Positions 10,907-21,686 of a stretch of DNA of 64,000 bases are shown here, piece by piece. The stretch is taken from the IMG/VR virus record IMGVR_UViG_3300027763_002034, positions 1 to 64,000 of that record. One strand, written 5' to 3'. The translations under genes were made by a program, and so were the position numbers. This DNA is from an uncultured virus (IMG/VR IMGVR_UViG_3300027763_002034) (Duplodnaviria; Heunggongvirae; Uroviricota; Caudoviricetes). Numbering within the stretch: the stretch's first letter is position 1; every line of letters starts with the position of its first letter. The notes beneath the pieces are model-generated. The model did not search any database. It had not been told where the DNA came from and worked only from the letters and a program-made list of their open reading frames with translations.

Positions 10907-12127
10907 ATGTCAAAAATTAGAATTTTAGCAATTCCCTCGGATAAACACGGAGTAGGTAAGTTTAGGATGATGGACCCTTACCAATTTATTGGTGATAATC
11001 ATTCGGATGATGTCCATGTTGATATCTCATATAATGCAGATAACAATGATGAATATTTTTTAAATTACGATATCGTCGTATTTCATACATTCATACATCA
11101 AACAAATCACGAACAAAACATTGGAAGAATAAAATGGTTACAATCCAAAGGTATTAAAGTTATTATGGATATTGATGATTTGTGGTTTGTTGATCAAAGA
11201 CACCCAATGTATCATCACGTTAAAGCATCTAAGATTGGTGAAATGAAAATTGACATGTTAAAAGTAGTTGATTATGTTACAACGACAACACCAATTTTCA
11301 CTAAAACCATCAAAGATAAATTACATATAAAAAATATTGAAATTTTTCCAAATGCGGTTAATGAAGATGAACCTCAGTTTAAAAGAGAAACAATTAAGTC
11401 AGATAAAATTAGATTTGGTTGGTTAGGTGGTTCATCACATTTACATGATATTGAATTAATGTCAAATGGTATTTCTTCAACACATAACAGTTTCAAAGAT
11501 AAAGTACAATTTGTGTTATGTGGGTTTGACTTAAGAGGTACTGTGACTGAAATTGACCAAGAAGGAAAACAAAGACAACGTTCAATTCAACCAACAGAAA
11601 CTGTTTGGTATAAGTATGAAAAATTCTTTACTGAAGATTATAAAGTATTAAGTCCTCAATATAAAAGTTTTTTAAATACATTTGTTGATACGCCATATGA
11701 TGATGAAAATGAATCATATAGAAGAAGGTGGACAAAGGACATTAAAACATATGCATCAAATTATAATACATTTGATGTGTCTTTGGCACCATTAGTTGAA
11801 TCTCAATTTAACGCTAACAAATCACAATTAAAAGTTATTGAAGCGGGGTTTCATAAGAAAGCAATTATTGCAAGTGAAACTGACCCATATACATTAGATT
11901 TAATTTCAGCAATTAACGACGGTAAGTTTAATGATAACGGTAACGCATTATTAGTTAACCCAAGAAGAAATCATAAGGATTGGGCAAAACATATGAAACG
12001 TTTAGTTGAAAATCCAAATATGATTGAAGATTTAGGTAATCGTTTATATGAAACAGTTAAAGACAAATATTCATTAAAAAAAGTTTGTCAAGATAGAGTA
12101 GAATTTTTTAAATCAATAATAAAATAA
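10907..12127 (+). CDS. Glycosyltransferase (GT-B, family 4-like)
   Basis: MDIDDLW, FGWLGGSSHLHD, DVSLAPL...FNANKSQLKVIEAG motifs. Confidence 0.85.
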   Translation: MSKIRILAIPSDKHGVGKFRMMDPYQFIGDNHSDDVHVDISYNADNNDEYFLNYDIVVFHTFIHQTNHEQNIGRIKWLQSKGIKVIMDIDDLWFVDQRHPMYHHVKASKIGEMKIDMLKVVDYVTTTTPIFTKTIKDKLHIKNIEIFPNAVNEDEPQFKRETIKSDKIRFGWLGGSSHLHDIELMSNGISSTHNSFKDKVQFVLCGFDLRGTVTEIDQEGKQRQRSIQPTETVWYKYEKFFTEDYKVLSPQYKSFLNTFVDTPYDDENESYRRRWTKDIKTYASNYNTFDVSLAPLVESQFNANKSQLKVIEAGFHKKAIIASETDPYTLDLISAINDGKFNDNGNALLVNPRRNHKDWAKHMKRLVENPNMIEDLGNRLYETVKDKYSLKKVCQDRVEFFKSIIK

Positions 12128-12133
12128 AACAAC

Positions 12134-12370
12134 ATGCATTATTTAGTTACAATCGGTTATGAAACCGAACAAATGGACAGAGAAGGAAACCCTCGTGTTA
12201 AAAAGTACAAGTACATTATCGAAGCGGAATCAGTAGAAGAGGCAACCATTGTTGCATCAAAATACAGAGCTGGTGACACACGTTCAAGTGAAAGTATTTC
12301 AGTTGCAAAAATGGCAATTGAATGTATCATTGACAGTAAGAACACACCAGAGTATTACAAAAGTAAATAA
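12134..12370 (+). CDS. Small hypothetical protein, DUF4494-like
   Basis: YE...G..KK.KY..EAESVEEA resembles Bacteroidota DUF4494 proteins. Confidence 0.5.
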   Translation: MHYLVTIGYETEQMDREGNPRVKKYKYIIEAESVEEATIVASKYRAGDTRSSESISVAKMAIECIIDSKNTPEYYKSK

Positions 12371-12389
12371 CAATTAAACACCAACTGAT

Positions 12390-12602
12390 ATGGAATTCTA
12401 TAGTCGTGAAATACAAATTATGCGTCAATCACAAAGTAAAATGGCTTTAGAGTATGTCACAACAGTTGGTGTTTCTGTTACTTTAGAAGAATTAATTCGA
12501 ATAACTGATTTATTCGTAGAAATATGTTTAAGACCCCAAGATGATGACCTTAAAAGAAGAATAAAGGCGTTAGATAAATGGTTGGAAGAAAAGAAAAAAT
12601 AA
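12390..12602 (+). CDS. Hypothetical protein
   Basis: 70-aa ORF in operon context. Confidence 0.6.
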   Translation: MEFYSREIQIMRQSQSKMALEYVTTVGVSVTLEELIRITDLFVEICLRPQDDDLKRRIKALDKWLEEKKK

Positions 12603-12603
12603 A

Positions 12604-13257
12604 ATGGAAAAAGAAGAAATAGAACAGTACCTAAAAAAATTAGAAGAGATTGAAAAAACACTTAATGACGATACTGATGAAAGTCAGGATATGAGTTATT
12701 TAAGTGAGTTAGAAGAAGTTCTAAATAAATTATCTGGTGAAATTACTAATGACGAAGTTTCAAAAAATATTAATACCCCTGTTAACAGACAAAACATAAT
12801 TAACACTCAACCAACAATGACGGGAGGTGGTACTTTAGTTAAAGTTAAAAAATTAGTTCCTGAAGCTGTAATTCCATCATATTCAAAAGTTGGGGATGCT
12901 GGTATGGATTTAACAATCACAAAAGAAATTGAAAATACATCATTTAGCGTATCATATGGATTTGGTATTGCAATAGAAATTCCTAAAGGTTATGTTGGGT
13001 TAGTATTCCCTCGTTCTTCAGTTAGAAACCAAGATTTAATATTATCAAATTGTGTTGGTGTAATTGATAGTGGATATAGAGGAGAATTACAAGCCACCTT
13101 TAAGAAAACAAATGGTTTGGACTCAATTAAATACAAAGTTGGAGATAGAGGAGCTCAAATCATCATATTACCTTATCCTACCATATATATGACGGAGGTT
13201 CCTGAATTATCTAATACAGAAAGAGGCGAGGGAGGATTTGGATCTACCGGTGTTTGA
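12604..13257 (+). CDS. dut: Trimeric dUTPase with acidic N-terminal extension
   Basis: AGMDL, PRSS, GVIDSGYRGE, AQIII, RGEGGFGSTG motifs. Confidence 0.95.
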   Translation: MEKEEIEQYLKKLEEIEKTLNDDTDESQDMSYLSELEEVLNKLSGEITNDEVSKNINTPVNRQNIINTQPTMTGGGTLVKVKKLVPEAVIPSYSKVGDAGMDLTITKEIENTSFSVSYGFGIAIEIPKGYVGLVFPRSSVRNQDLILSNCVGVIDSGYRGELQATFKKTNGLDSIKYKVGDRGAQIIILPYPTIYMTEVPELSNTERGEGGFGSTGV

Positions 13258-13300
13258 TGATATTTATAAACAATAAACAGAACTTTTAAAACTATCAATT

Positions 13301-14032
13301 TTGGCATATAAAACTAGAACCAAAACAACCAACCACCCACCCGTATTAGTAGAAGAGAAGAAGATATCACATAAGGATAGGATAAGACAAATCATCAAAC
13401 GTCCTAAAGAAAAGTTCCTAACGAAAAACCAAGAAATTTATTGGAACATTCTTGGAGAAAATCAAATAACATTATGTTTCGGTCCCGCAGGTGTAGGTAA
13501 GTCCTACATAGCAATGAAACGTGCTGTGGACCTATTATACGACGATTCTAACAAGTATGAGAAGATTATCATAGTTAGGCCCGCAGTTGAAGCTGAAGAG
13601 AAATTAGGGTCACTTCCAGGGGGTTTAGAGGAGAAATTAGACCCATACATTTATCCGTCATATTACCTTTTAAATAAGATTATTGGTAAGGAAGCGAGAG
13701 AAGAACTAAAAGACCAAGGTTATATTGAAGTTGCCGCACTCGCTTACATGAGAGGTTGGAACGTAGATAATACAATCCTTGTTTTTGAGGAAGCACAAAA
13801 TGCCACCCCATCACAGATTAAGTTATTATTAACTCGTATTGGATTTAATTCCAAATTTTTCTTATCAGGTGATTTGGAACAATCAGATAAATTTAGAGAT
13901 AAAACTAAATCTGGTTTATTTGATGCTAAAATGAGATTACAAGATGTTAAGGGAATTGGGATTTTTGAATTTGGAATGCAAGACATTGTACGAAACCCAA
14001 TCATTGGTGAAATATTGAATAGATACGATTAA
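13301..14032 (+). CDS. phoH: PhoH-family ATPase
   Basis: GPAGVGKS, RPAVE, LPG, YMRG, EEAQN, GDLEQSD, DIVRNP. Confidence 0.95.
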   Translation: MAYKTRTKTTNHPPVLVEEKKISHKDRIRQIIKRPKEKFLTKNQEIYWNILGENQITLCFGPAGVGKSYIAMKRAVDLLYDDSNKYEKIIIVRPAVEAEEKLGSLPGGLEEKLDPYIYPSYYLLNKIIGKEAREELKDQGYIEVAALAYMRGWNVDNTILVFEEAQNATPSQIKLLLTRIGFNSKFFLSGDLEQSDKFRDKTKSGLFDAKMRLQDVKGIGIFEFGMQDIVRNPIIGEILNRYD

Positions 14033-14057
14033 AATAATTATTAGATTATATAATTGA

Positions 14058-14097
14058 ACCCACACCGTTTATCATAATGGTGTGGGTTTATTATTTA
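14058..14097 (+). terminator. Intrinsic terminator after phoH
   Basis: AACCCACACCGTT-TATCAT-AATGGTGTGGGTT followed by T-rich tract. Confidence 0.7.
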
Positions 14098-14128
14098 CTT
14101 ATGATTATGAATGTGTTATATTTTTATT

Positions 14129-14773
14129 ATGGAAATTTTTATTAGTATAGATGGTGTTATAAGAAACACAATTCAAAAATTTGACTTTCATTATAAGGAT
14201 TCTTATTTAGATAGTGAAAGTGAAGATGTCTTTGAATACGACATAACGGAACCAATTCAAAACGATAATTTATTAAATTCTTATAAATTTCAATCACAAG
14301 AAGAATTTGAATATTTTTTATTTGTTGAGTATCCAATTGAAATATTTGGTCACGCCGGATTGAGTTATTCCACCACATTTACGGATTTACATAAAATGAT
14401 TTTTGACAATCCAGAACATAATTTTACATTAGTTGGTTTAGATGAATTAGGTAAAGCAAAACCTGCAACACTTTTCTTCTTATCAAAAAATGGATTTATG
14501 GGTAACAATATTAAATCAATTAAAACTGAAAACTTAGATGAGAATTGGAACAAGTGTGATGTTTGGATTACTGATTGTAAAAAAATTGTTGACTCGTGTC
14601 CAAGTGATAAAGTTGTAATTAAATTTAACACGACTTATAATCAATACTTTACAAATAAAAAAGAAATAACTAAATTAACTGAAATACAAGAACCATGGTT
14701 GAAATCTTTGGAAAAACCTACTACATTGACCTTGACGGAGTCACAGACAAATGTAGAACAGGAAAAAATATAA
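14129..14773 (+). CDS. HAD-fold 5'(3')-deoxyribonucleotidase-like protein (degenerate DxD)
   Basis: IFISIDGVIRN, CDVWITD, KFNTTYN pattern; start at second ATG. Confidence 0.55.
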   Translation: MEIFISIDGVIRNTIQKFDFHYKDSYLDSESEDVFEYDITEPIQNDNLLNSYKFQSQEEFEYFLFVEYPIEIFGHAGLSYSTTFTDLHKMIFDNPEHNFTLVGLDELGKAKPATLFFLSKNGFMGNNIKSIKTENLDENWNKCDVWITDCKKIVDSCPSDKVVIKFNTTYNQYFTNKKEITKLTEIQEPWLKSLEKPTTLTLTESQTNVEQEKI

Positions 14774-14976
14774 AAGACGAGGATGGAGAAGATGTTACCG
14801 AGGTAAACATTTTCAAATATGAAATTATAAAAATGTGTTTAGATAGAGTGTTGGCCGAGTTTGAACAAGTAGATGAAGAACTTGGTGAATTCGCACAAAA
14901 CAACACAACCACATCATTTAAAATTGCATTTAACACACTAATAAAAAATCAAATATTAATAGAAGACGATGAGTAA
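14695..14976 (+). CDS. Hypothetical protein
   Basis: 93-aa ORF overlapping both neighbours. Confidence 0.6.
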   Translation: MVEIFGKTYYIDLDGVTDKCRTGKNIKDEDGEDVTEVNIFKYEIIKMCLDRVLAEFEQVDEELGEFAQNNTTTSFKIAFNTLIKNQILIEDDE

Positions 14977-16033
14977 TAACGAAAACATAGAAAAATTAGA
15001 ATCTGCTTTAGGTAGATTAAATAACAATGAAAGTGTTGTGTATTTTTTAACATACGACACTAAAACAAACGCGAGAGCATCTGTAAAATACATTTACGAT
15101 TTGGCATTAACACTTAATAGAAATGGTAGAAAGTCCAAAATTTTAGTTGAAGATAAAAACTATGTTGGGGTTAGTTCTTGGTTAAGTGAAGAATATAGTG
15201 AATTAGAGATTGTATCTATCAAAGAAGATAAAGTTGAAATTAAAATTGAAGATGTTTTAGTTGTTCCCGAGTATTACGGAAACACATTACAACAATTATC
15301 AAGTATTAGATGTATTAAAGTTTTATTGATACAACAAAAAGAATATATGTTTGAGACATTACCAATTGGTAGTAGGTATAGCGAATATGGATTTGATAAA
15401 GTTATTACCACAACTGAAAGTACAAAAAAATACATTTTAGATTACTTCCCTGAAAGTTTAGTGTATATTATTCCACCGATTATCGGAGATGATTTTAAAC
15501 CAATTAATTTACCATTAAAACCTTATGTGGCAATCAGTTGTAGAGATAGAGCGGTACATAGAAAATTAATTTCTGAATTTTATTTGAAGTTTCCACAATT
15601 ACGTTGGATTACATTTAGAGATATGGTCCAAATGTCTTATGATGAATTTTCGTCAAACTTAAAGGAATGTATGGTATCGGTATGGGTTGATGATGAAAGT
15701 ACGTTCGGTACATTTCCATTAGAATCTATGAAATGTGGTGTACCTGTAGTTGGTAAAATTCCTGACACTGAACCAGATTGGTTAAGTGAAAATGGTATGT
15801 GGACATACGACGGTAATAAATTAGTTGAATTATTAGGTTCATATATTTTAGCGTGGATTGAGGGTGTTGAATTAACTGATGAAGTTAAAGATAAAATGAA
15901 AGAAACGTTATTACCTTATGACACTGAAATTACAAAAAATAATATTTTATCAATATTTGGTTCATTAATAAATAAAAGAGTTGAATCTATTCAATCAGCA
16001 TTAGACAAATTAAAACAAGAAGAAACAGTATAA
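14969..16033 (+). CDS. Glycosyltransferase (GT-B, family 4-like)
   Basis: VVPE, STFGTFPLESMKCGVPVVG (EGFGLPPLEAM-like). Confidence 0.8.
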   Translation: MSNNENIEKLESALGRLNNNESVVYFLTYDTKTNARASVKYIYDLALTLNRNGRKSKILVEDKNYVGVSSWLSEEYSELEIVSIKEDKVEIKIEDVLVVPEYYGNTLQQLSSIRCIKVLLIQQKEYMFETLPIGSRYSEYGFDKVITTTESTKKYILDYFPESLVYIIPPIIGDDFKPINLPLKPYVAISCRDRAVHRKLISEFYLKFPQLRWITFRDMVQMSYDEFSSNLKECMVSVWVDDESTFGTFPLESMKCGVPVVGKIPDTEPDWLSENGMWTYDGNKLVELLGSYILAWIEGVELTDEVKDKMKETLLPYDTEITKNNILSIFGSLINKRVESIQSALDKLKQEETV

Positions 16034-16034
16034 T

Positions 16035-16814
16035 ATGAAAAATATAACAGTAATTTTACCTTTACATAAATTAGATGACGATTATAAAGTTATGTTAGAT
16101 AACGCGTTATCGTCTATTGAGGATTTCCACAATGATGTTAAAGTATCAATTGTTTGTCCAAGTAAATTAAAAAAAGATTTAGAAAATCTTTCTGAAAAAT
16201 TAGAAATTGAAATAGTGGTTAATAAAGGTGAAACAGATTTTTGTTCACAAGTTAATTTAGGTATTGAGAAATGTGATACTGAATGGTTTACTATTTTAGA
16301 AGTTGATGATGAATTTAGACCTATTTGGTTAAAATCAATCAACGATTATATGAAAATTTATAAAGATGTTGATGTATTTTTACCTATTGTAAGAGACATT
16401 AATACTGATGGTAAATTTGTAAGTTTTACAAATGAATCAGCTTGGGCATATGGTTTTACTGAAATGCAAGGATTCATTGACAATGAAGTATTATTAGATT
16501 TCCAAAATTATCAAATAAGTGGTGGTTTATATAGAACCCAAGTTATTAAGGATAATGGTAGCTTAAAAGAAAATATCAAATTAACATTCGCATACGAATT
16601 CTTTTTAAGATTAACACACAATGGTATTAGGGTCATGACAGTTCCTAAAATTGGTTATCAACATGTTAACTTAAGAGAAGATTCATTATTTTGGAGTTAC
16701 AAGAATAATGAAAAACAAAAACTGTCAGAAAATGAGGTTAAATTTTGGTTGGAGACGGCCAAAAAGGAATTCTTTTTTAAGAATAAACGAGATGTAAATT
16801 ATGAAACAGTTTAA
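16035..16814 (+). CDS. Glycosyltransferase family 2 (GT-A)
   Basis: ITVILP, QVNLGI, FTILEVDD, YEFFLRL. Confidence 0.8.
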   Translation: MKNITVILPLHKLDDDYKVMLDNALSSIEDFHNDVKVSIVCPSKLKKDLENLSEKLEIEIVVNKGETDFCSQVNLGIEKCDTEWFTILEVDDEFRPIWLKSINDYMKIYKDVDVFLPIVRDINTDGKFVSFTNESAWAYGFTEMQGFIDNEVLLDFQNYQISGGLYRTQVIKDNGSLKENIKLTFAYEFFLRLTHNGIRVMTVPKIGYQHVNLREDSLFWSYKNNEKQKLSENEVKFWLETAKKEFFFKNKRDVNYETV

Positions 16815-17513
16815 ATGCCGAGACCACGAACCCAAAAAATATACTTTGGTGAGGATCAAGAAAAAGCCGTCGTTAAGTATCTAGAGAGTACCGATGAAGA
16901 TGAAAAAAACAAAATATTCAATGAGTTTTTAAGAGAACCATTAGTTATTATGGTTGAGAGTATTATTAGAAGATATAAATTATATAGGAAGGATATGGAA
17001 TTTGAAGAAATTCACACCGATACTATGTCTTTTTTAATCACTAAAATTAATAAATTCGACCACACAAAGAACACTAAAGCGTATTCATACTTTGGTACTA
17101 TCTGTAAAAACTACCTTATGGGGGCAATACAGAAAGACACTAAAGAACAGAATAGACAAGTATCTTACGATGACATATCATCCGATATTGAAGATAGGAA
17201 AGATTTGTCTTATGTTATTGACGAACACATTATTGATTACCAAAGTGTTATAATTAAATTAACCATTTCTTTAGAAAACTTTATTGAGAAGGAAAACCTA
17301 ACAGAAAACGAACAAAAATTGGGATATGCATTGTTAGAGATTTTTAGCAATTTTGATAAAATATTCCAAGTTGGTGATGGTAATAAATTCAATAAGAACC
17401 TTATCTTACTCTCATTACGAGAAATGACCTCATTATCCACAAAAGAGATTAGAGTATCCCTAAAACGTTTTAAAAAGATGTATGACGGTATTTTGGTTGG
17501 ATTTTTAGAATAA
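16815..17513 (+). CDS. Phage RNA polymerase sigma factor (gp55-like region 2)
   Basis: KINKFDHTKNTKAYSYFGTICKNYL resembles sigma region 2.2-2.4; C-terminal helical/HTH-like segment. Confidence 0.7.
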   Translation: MPRPRTQKIYFGEDQEKAVVKYLESTDEDEKNKIFNEFLREPLVIMVESIIRRYKLYRKDMEFEEIHTDTMSFLITKINKFDHTKNTKAYSYFGTICKNYLMGAIQKDTKEQNRQVSYDDISSDIEDRKDLSYVIDEHIIDYQSVIIKLTISLENFIEKENLTENEQKLGYALLEIFSNFDKIFQVGDGNKFNKNLILLSLREMTSLSTKEIRVSLKRFKKMYDGILVGFLE

Positions 17514-17527
17514 ATCTATTTATAGAT

Positions 17528-17905
17528 ATGAGAACACAAAGAAACAATATTACTTTAGATGTTGATTCGGCGTTAGCCCTAATGCAGGAAATCTACAACG
17601 ATGTTGTTGAGAATAGAAATACTGCATCCCAAATTTTGAGAAAAATGATGGGATTTATGAAGGACGCTGAAGATATGAGTACAATTGGACCTGTTATTAA
17701 AGAACAACAGAAGATTTTAAACGATTGTACCGAGAAGAAAATTTCATTAGTTAAATTACAAAGTTTACTATTAAAACAAACTACAAGTGGTGGTAATGGA
17801 GGTGGTCCAATGGGTAAACTTACATTGTCAGATGAAGATAGGGAGTTATTAGATAAACTGGTAAATGATGGTTCAGATAATAAACCAAATAATTATTCAT
17901 TATAA
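17528..17905 (+). CDS. Helical hypothetical protein, possible terminase small subunit
   Basis: Size and helical-hairpin pattern (IGPVIKEQQKILND..EKKISLVKL) loosely like T4 gp16; weak. Confidence 0.35.
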   Translation: MRTQRNNITLDVDSALALMQEIYNDVVENRNTASQILRKMMGFMKDAEDMSTIGPVIKEQQKILNDCTEKKISLVKLQSLLLKQTTSGGNGGGPMGKLTLSDEDRELLDKLVNDGSDNKPNNYSL

Positions 17906-19950
17906 TGGGAGAATATTTTAATGTTAGTAGTAACCCAATTATTCCATTTTCATATGCGACTGCAAATGATTTACCAACTAAAAGTAAAACAAAGATTTTA
18001 ATCGCTAAAATTAAAAGAAAAATTGGGGCTGTTAAGGAATTTGCCGATAAGTGGAACTTTAACAATACTATAGATAAGGATGGTTTTGGGTCTATTATTG
18101 ATTTTAATGGAGATGGTCCATTACTTGCGGACGCAAAAAAAAGATTAAAGAAAAAAATTACAGATTTAAAAGAGAAAAAAAAGAAAAAAGATGCTGGAAA
18201 ATTAAAAACTGATATTTTTAGTCAAATTCTTGATTTGGTTGATACTTTTTTAGATAAAAAAAAATCTACAACTTTTACAGTTAAAAAAACTTACGGGTCT
18301 AAATTTACAAGACAAAACTTTGTATCTAAAGACAGATTACATTTTTTAGCACATGAAGCCATTAATACAACAATAACGTCTTCTAAAAACATTGTGATGG
18401 ATAATGTTAAAAATATTCTTTTTGCTGGTGATGGTATTTGTGGATCATCAACACCAATCACGGGTAATACATTAACTATACGTCCTGGTGAATTTGATTT
18501 TATGAATGTTTTGACAGTAAACCCAACTAGTAATAGTGGTCAAATTGTGTATGAACCACAAAATCCAGATAGGAAATTAATTAAGATGAATCGTACATTA
18601 TATTCTGGATTTACATCAGATCAATCGGTTGAAACATCTGATGAAAAAAAATTATTTGATTTACATTGGGATGAAGCAAATCAAGAATTTGAATTATCTG
18701 GATTAACAGGGATGACAACCACAACTCAAACAGGAACCACTGTTGGTGGTTTTTTTAATGATTATTATAGTAATATTGAACAGTTAGATTTATCTGCGGT
18801 AGTTAAAACTGCAACGATGATGGTTTTGAAGGGTGATAAATCTGAACCCCCGTTATTTGATATCGGTATGAATGATTTAAATAGATTATTAAATAAATTG
18901 ATGAGGGTTTGTAATAACCCAAGTCAAGGATTAAATCAAAGTGCGGAAAATCAATTTAATGAAGATGATGATGATATAGAATCTTTCTTTGATTTTGATG
19001 ATATGGAAGGTATTGATTTAGACGACGAGGCGAATAGATTTAATAAAGTTTTAAAATTTACAGACTGTAATAATTTTACAATACCATCAAATCCATCACA
19101 CTATGAAGATTTTGTGTACCTTTCAAAAAACAATTTAGATGATGCGGTAAATGACGTCTTTTTAAATACTGCAACAACGTCATATCAAGAAGCCGGTGGA
19201 ACAATACCATTAGTTAATTTTCAAATATCGTTATTAAACAATTATATTTTAAACTTACCTAAAGCATTAATTGGTTCTATTTTATCACCAAAGTATATAT
19301 TACCAATTGTAATAATTTATAAATATGTAAATTCAGCAGGTGGTAATGTTGTTTTATTGGCGAAAGAAATAATGAAAAAATTACATAAATTATTTTTTAA
19401 AATAATTAAGGATATTTTATGGAAATTTATAAGTGAGTTTTGGAAATTGGTTAAAAAAGATTTACTTGAATTTTTAAAAATTACAGCATATAATATATTA
19501 AAAGAAAAAATTAAAAAATATAGAGATTATATTCTTTCTATTATAAATTTATTACGTGGACTGTTGGACACAAAGCTTAATAACTGTAACGCATTATTTA
19601 CTGTGATTGACAAAACAATAGATGCTGCATTATTTGGTGGTCCTAATTTTGAAGTTCCTGGTATTATTGATTCCTTTGCCGATAAAAAATCAGGATTTAG
19701 TGGTATTAGAACTATTGTTAATATTGTGAACCAATTAGAAGAACAAGGTATAAACGCATCTCAACCAATATTTGGTAAAGATAATAACTTATTAAGTGTT
19801 TTGGCAACAACAGTTCAACAACACACTAAAGAAGTGAATAATAACTCTTACGTACACGTCGCAAATAAAAAAACGCTAAAGTTTCCAGTTGTTGGTGGAA
19901 TGGTACTAATACCACAAGGATTACTTAAAGCGACCGGAGGACTAGCATAA
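17905..19950 (+). CDS. Large hypothetical protein (probable tail/baseplate)
   Basis: 681-aa ORF upstream of gp5-like gene. Confidence 0.55.
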   Translation: MGEYFNVSSNPIIPFSYATANDLPTKSKTKILIAKIKRKIGAVKEFADKWNFNNTIDKDGFGSIIDFNGDGPLLADAKKRLKKKITDLKEKKKKKDAGKLKTDIFSQILDLVDTFLDKKKSTTFTVKKTYGSKFTRQNFVSKDRLHFLAHEAINTTITSSKNIVMDNVKNILFAGDGICGSSTPITGNTLTIRPGEFDFMNVLTVNPTSNSGQIVYEPQNPDRKLIKMNRTLYSGFTSDQSVETSDEKKLFDLHWDEANQEFELSGLTGMTTTTQTGTTVGGFFNDYYSNIEQLDLSAVVKTATMMVLKGDKSEPPLFDIGMNDLNRLLNKLMRVCNNPSQGLNQSAENQFNEDDDDIESFFDFDDMEGIDLDDEANRFNKVLKFTDCNNFTIPSNPSHYEDFVYLSKNNLDDAVNDVFLNTATTSYQEAGGTIPLVNFQISLLNNYILNLPKALIGSILSPKYILPIVIIYKYVNSAGGNVVLLAKEIMKKLHKLFFKIIKDILWKFISEFWKLVKKDLLEFLKITAYNILKEKIKKYRDYILSIINLLRGLLDTKLNNCNALFTVIDKTIDAALFGGPNFEVPGIIDSFADKKSGFSGIRTIVNIVNQLEEQGINASQPIFGKDNNLLSVLATTVQQHTKEVNNNSYVHVANKKTLKFPVVGGMVLIPQGLLKATGGLA

Positions 19951-19953
19951 TAT

Positions 19954-20154
19954 ATGGAAAAAGAAAAAATTATAGAAGTGGTGTATGACGTCGAAAATAA
20001 ATCAAATAAAGATTTATTTATCGTTGTTAATGAATTATACGAAGAATTTGAAAAGACAAAACAATTAATAATTGATTTAACAAGACATATGGAGAGTGTT
20101 GAAAATTCATATAATAAAGTTAATAAAGAAATTGAAAAAAGGCTTAAGAAATGA
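19954..20154 (+). CDS. Small coiled-coil hypothetical protein
   Basis: 66-aa ORF, ATGA overlap with next gene. Confidence 0.6.
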   Translation: MEKEKIIEVVYDVENKSNKDLFIVVNELYEEFEKTKQLIIDLTRHMESVENSYNKVNKEIEKRLKK

Positions 20155-21662
20155 AAATAATAGATATTGCAATTTGTATTGATAATAATGACCCAAAAGG
20201 TATTGGTCGTATCCGTGCAGTTAGGTATAGTTCATATACAGGTGAATTAGAAAAAGCTTTTGATTATAATGCTTGGGATGATAAGGATTTATTTACTGCA
20301 ATTCCATTTTTACCAACAAATCTGAATTTTATACCTGAAAAAGGACAGTCAGTTAAAATTATAAATTACGATACTGAAAAAGATACTGTTAATCTTGAAT
20401 ATATTGCAGGTCCCTTTACAACTGTTCACGATTTTAACGGACAAACACATTCCGCACAACTTGAAAATACAACTTACCATAAAGGAGCGGTGCATGGTGA
20501 AGATGTTAAAGATAAAGACGGAAATTATATTAAACCAAAATCTAATGGTTCGTTAGCAAAAAATACTGATTATGGTGTTTATGGGAAATACGGTTCTGAT
20601 GTTATTTTTACAGAAAATGGTGTGAATATTAGAGGTGGTAAATTGTTAAGTAAATCATTTGCAACAAGTGCACAAAAAAAGGTATTGATAACGCACCCGA
20701 CAATGTCGGACAATTCATCAACAATACATTTAAAAAAATATCCAAAAAAATTAGAATATAACAACCAAGATGTTATCACTAATACCTTACAAATCCAACA
20801 AATAAAATATTTTGTTGAATATAACGTTACTAATTTTTATGGTGGTGGAGTTAATATTGAATTTTATGTTTATGACACTAGAAATGCTGGACCACAATTT
20901 TTAAGTTCAAACTCAAAATTAGAAGATACAATTTTAACCACTGGTTGTACGTTAATCAACGAATATAACATTAATAATAGAGTAAATACTTCGACAGGCG
21001 CAACACTCACATTTACGGCTGCAGATTTAACGGAAGCGTGTGTTAAAATACGATTAAACCTCTATAAATTACATCACGATGGATTAAACTACTTCAACCC
21101 AATTTACGGAGAAACTGAAATGCATCCATTTTATTTTAGATGTACAAAAGAATGTAAAGAGAGAGATTTAGCGAATCCATTTGAATTAACAAATAGAAAA
21201 ACACTATTAACAAACGTTACTTTTGGTAAAAGAATCCAAGAAGGTATCGTTTTCTCAAAATCAAGTTTTGATGCTCCAACAGTAACTAGTGTAACAAAAA
21301 AGAATGTTTTGGAAGAAAGTGATGATACTGTTGAACAAACATTTGCAACCGTTAAATCTGACAAAATATACCTAATTTCAACAGATACCAACGAATATAA
21401 CATACCAATTGATTTTACCAAAATTGATAAGTATGAACCTACCCACGAGAATTATATTAAAGACATTGAACCAAATACATATGCGTTAGTTAGGGGGGAA
21501 GTTTTAATTGACGTACTTCAATCAATAATTAAATTAATGATTAGTCACCAACACAATTTGATGGGTCCATTAGTCCAAACTGACCCGAGTTTCGTTAATT
21601 TAATGAAAAAAATCACGACTTTAGAAAATGACATGTTAAACAAATCGATTAGAACCAATTAA
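20151..21662 (+). CDS. Baseplate hub/spike protein, gp5/VgrG-like OB fold
   Basis: N-terminal IDNNDPKGIGRIRA ... FIPEKGQSV, C-terminal SHQH. Confidence 0.7.
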   Translation: MKIIDIAICIDNNDPKGIGRIRAVRYSSYTGELEKAFDYNAWDDKDLFTAIPFLPTNLNFIPEKGQSVKIINYDTEKDTVNLEYIAGPFTTVHDFNGQTHSAQLENTTYHKGAVHGEDVKDKDGNYIKPKSNGSLAKNTDYGVYGKYGSDVIFTENGVNIRGGKLLSKSFATSAQKKVLITHPTMSDNSSTIHLKKYPKKLEYNNQDVITNTLQIQQIKYFVEYNVTNFYGGGVNIEFYVYDTRNAGPQFLSSNSKLEDTILTTGCTLINEYNINNRVNTSTGATLTFTAADLTEACVKIRLNLYKLHHDGLNYFNPIYGETEMHPFYFRCTKECKERDLANPFELTNRKTLLTNVTFGKRIQEGIVFSKSSFDAPTVTSVTKKNVLEESDDTVEQTFATVKSDKIYLISTDTNEYNIPIDFTKIDKYEPTHENYIKDIEPNTYALVRGEVLIDVLQSIIKLMISHQHNLMGPLVQTDPSFVNLMKKITTLENDMLNKSIRTN

Positions 21663-21686
21663 TTTGATATTTATAATAAAAAAGAG

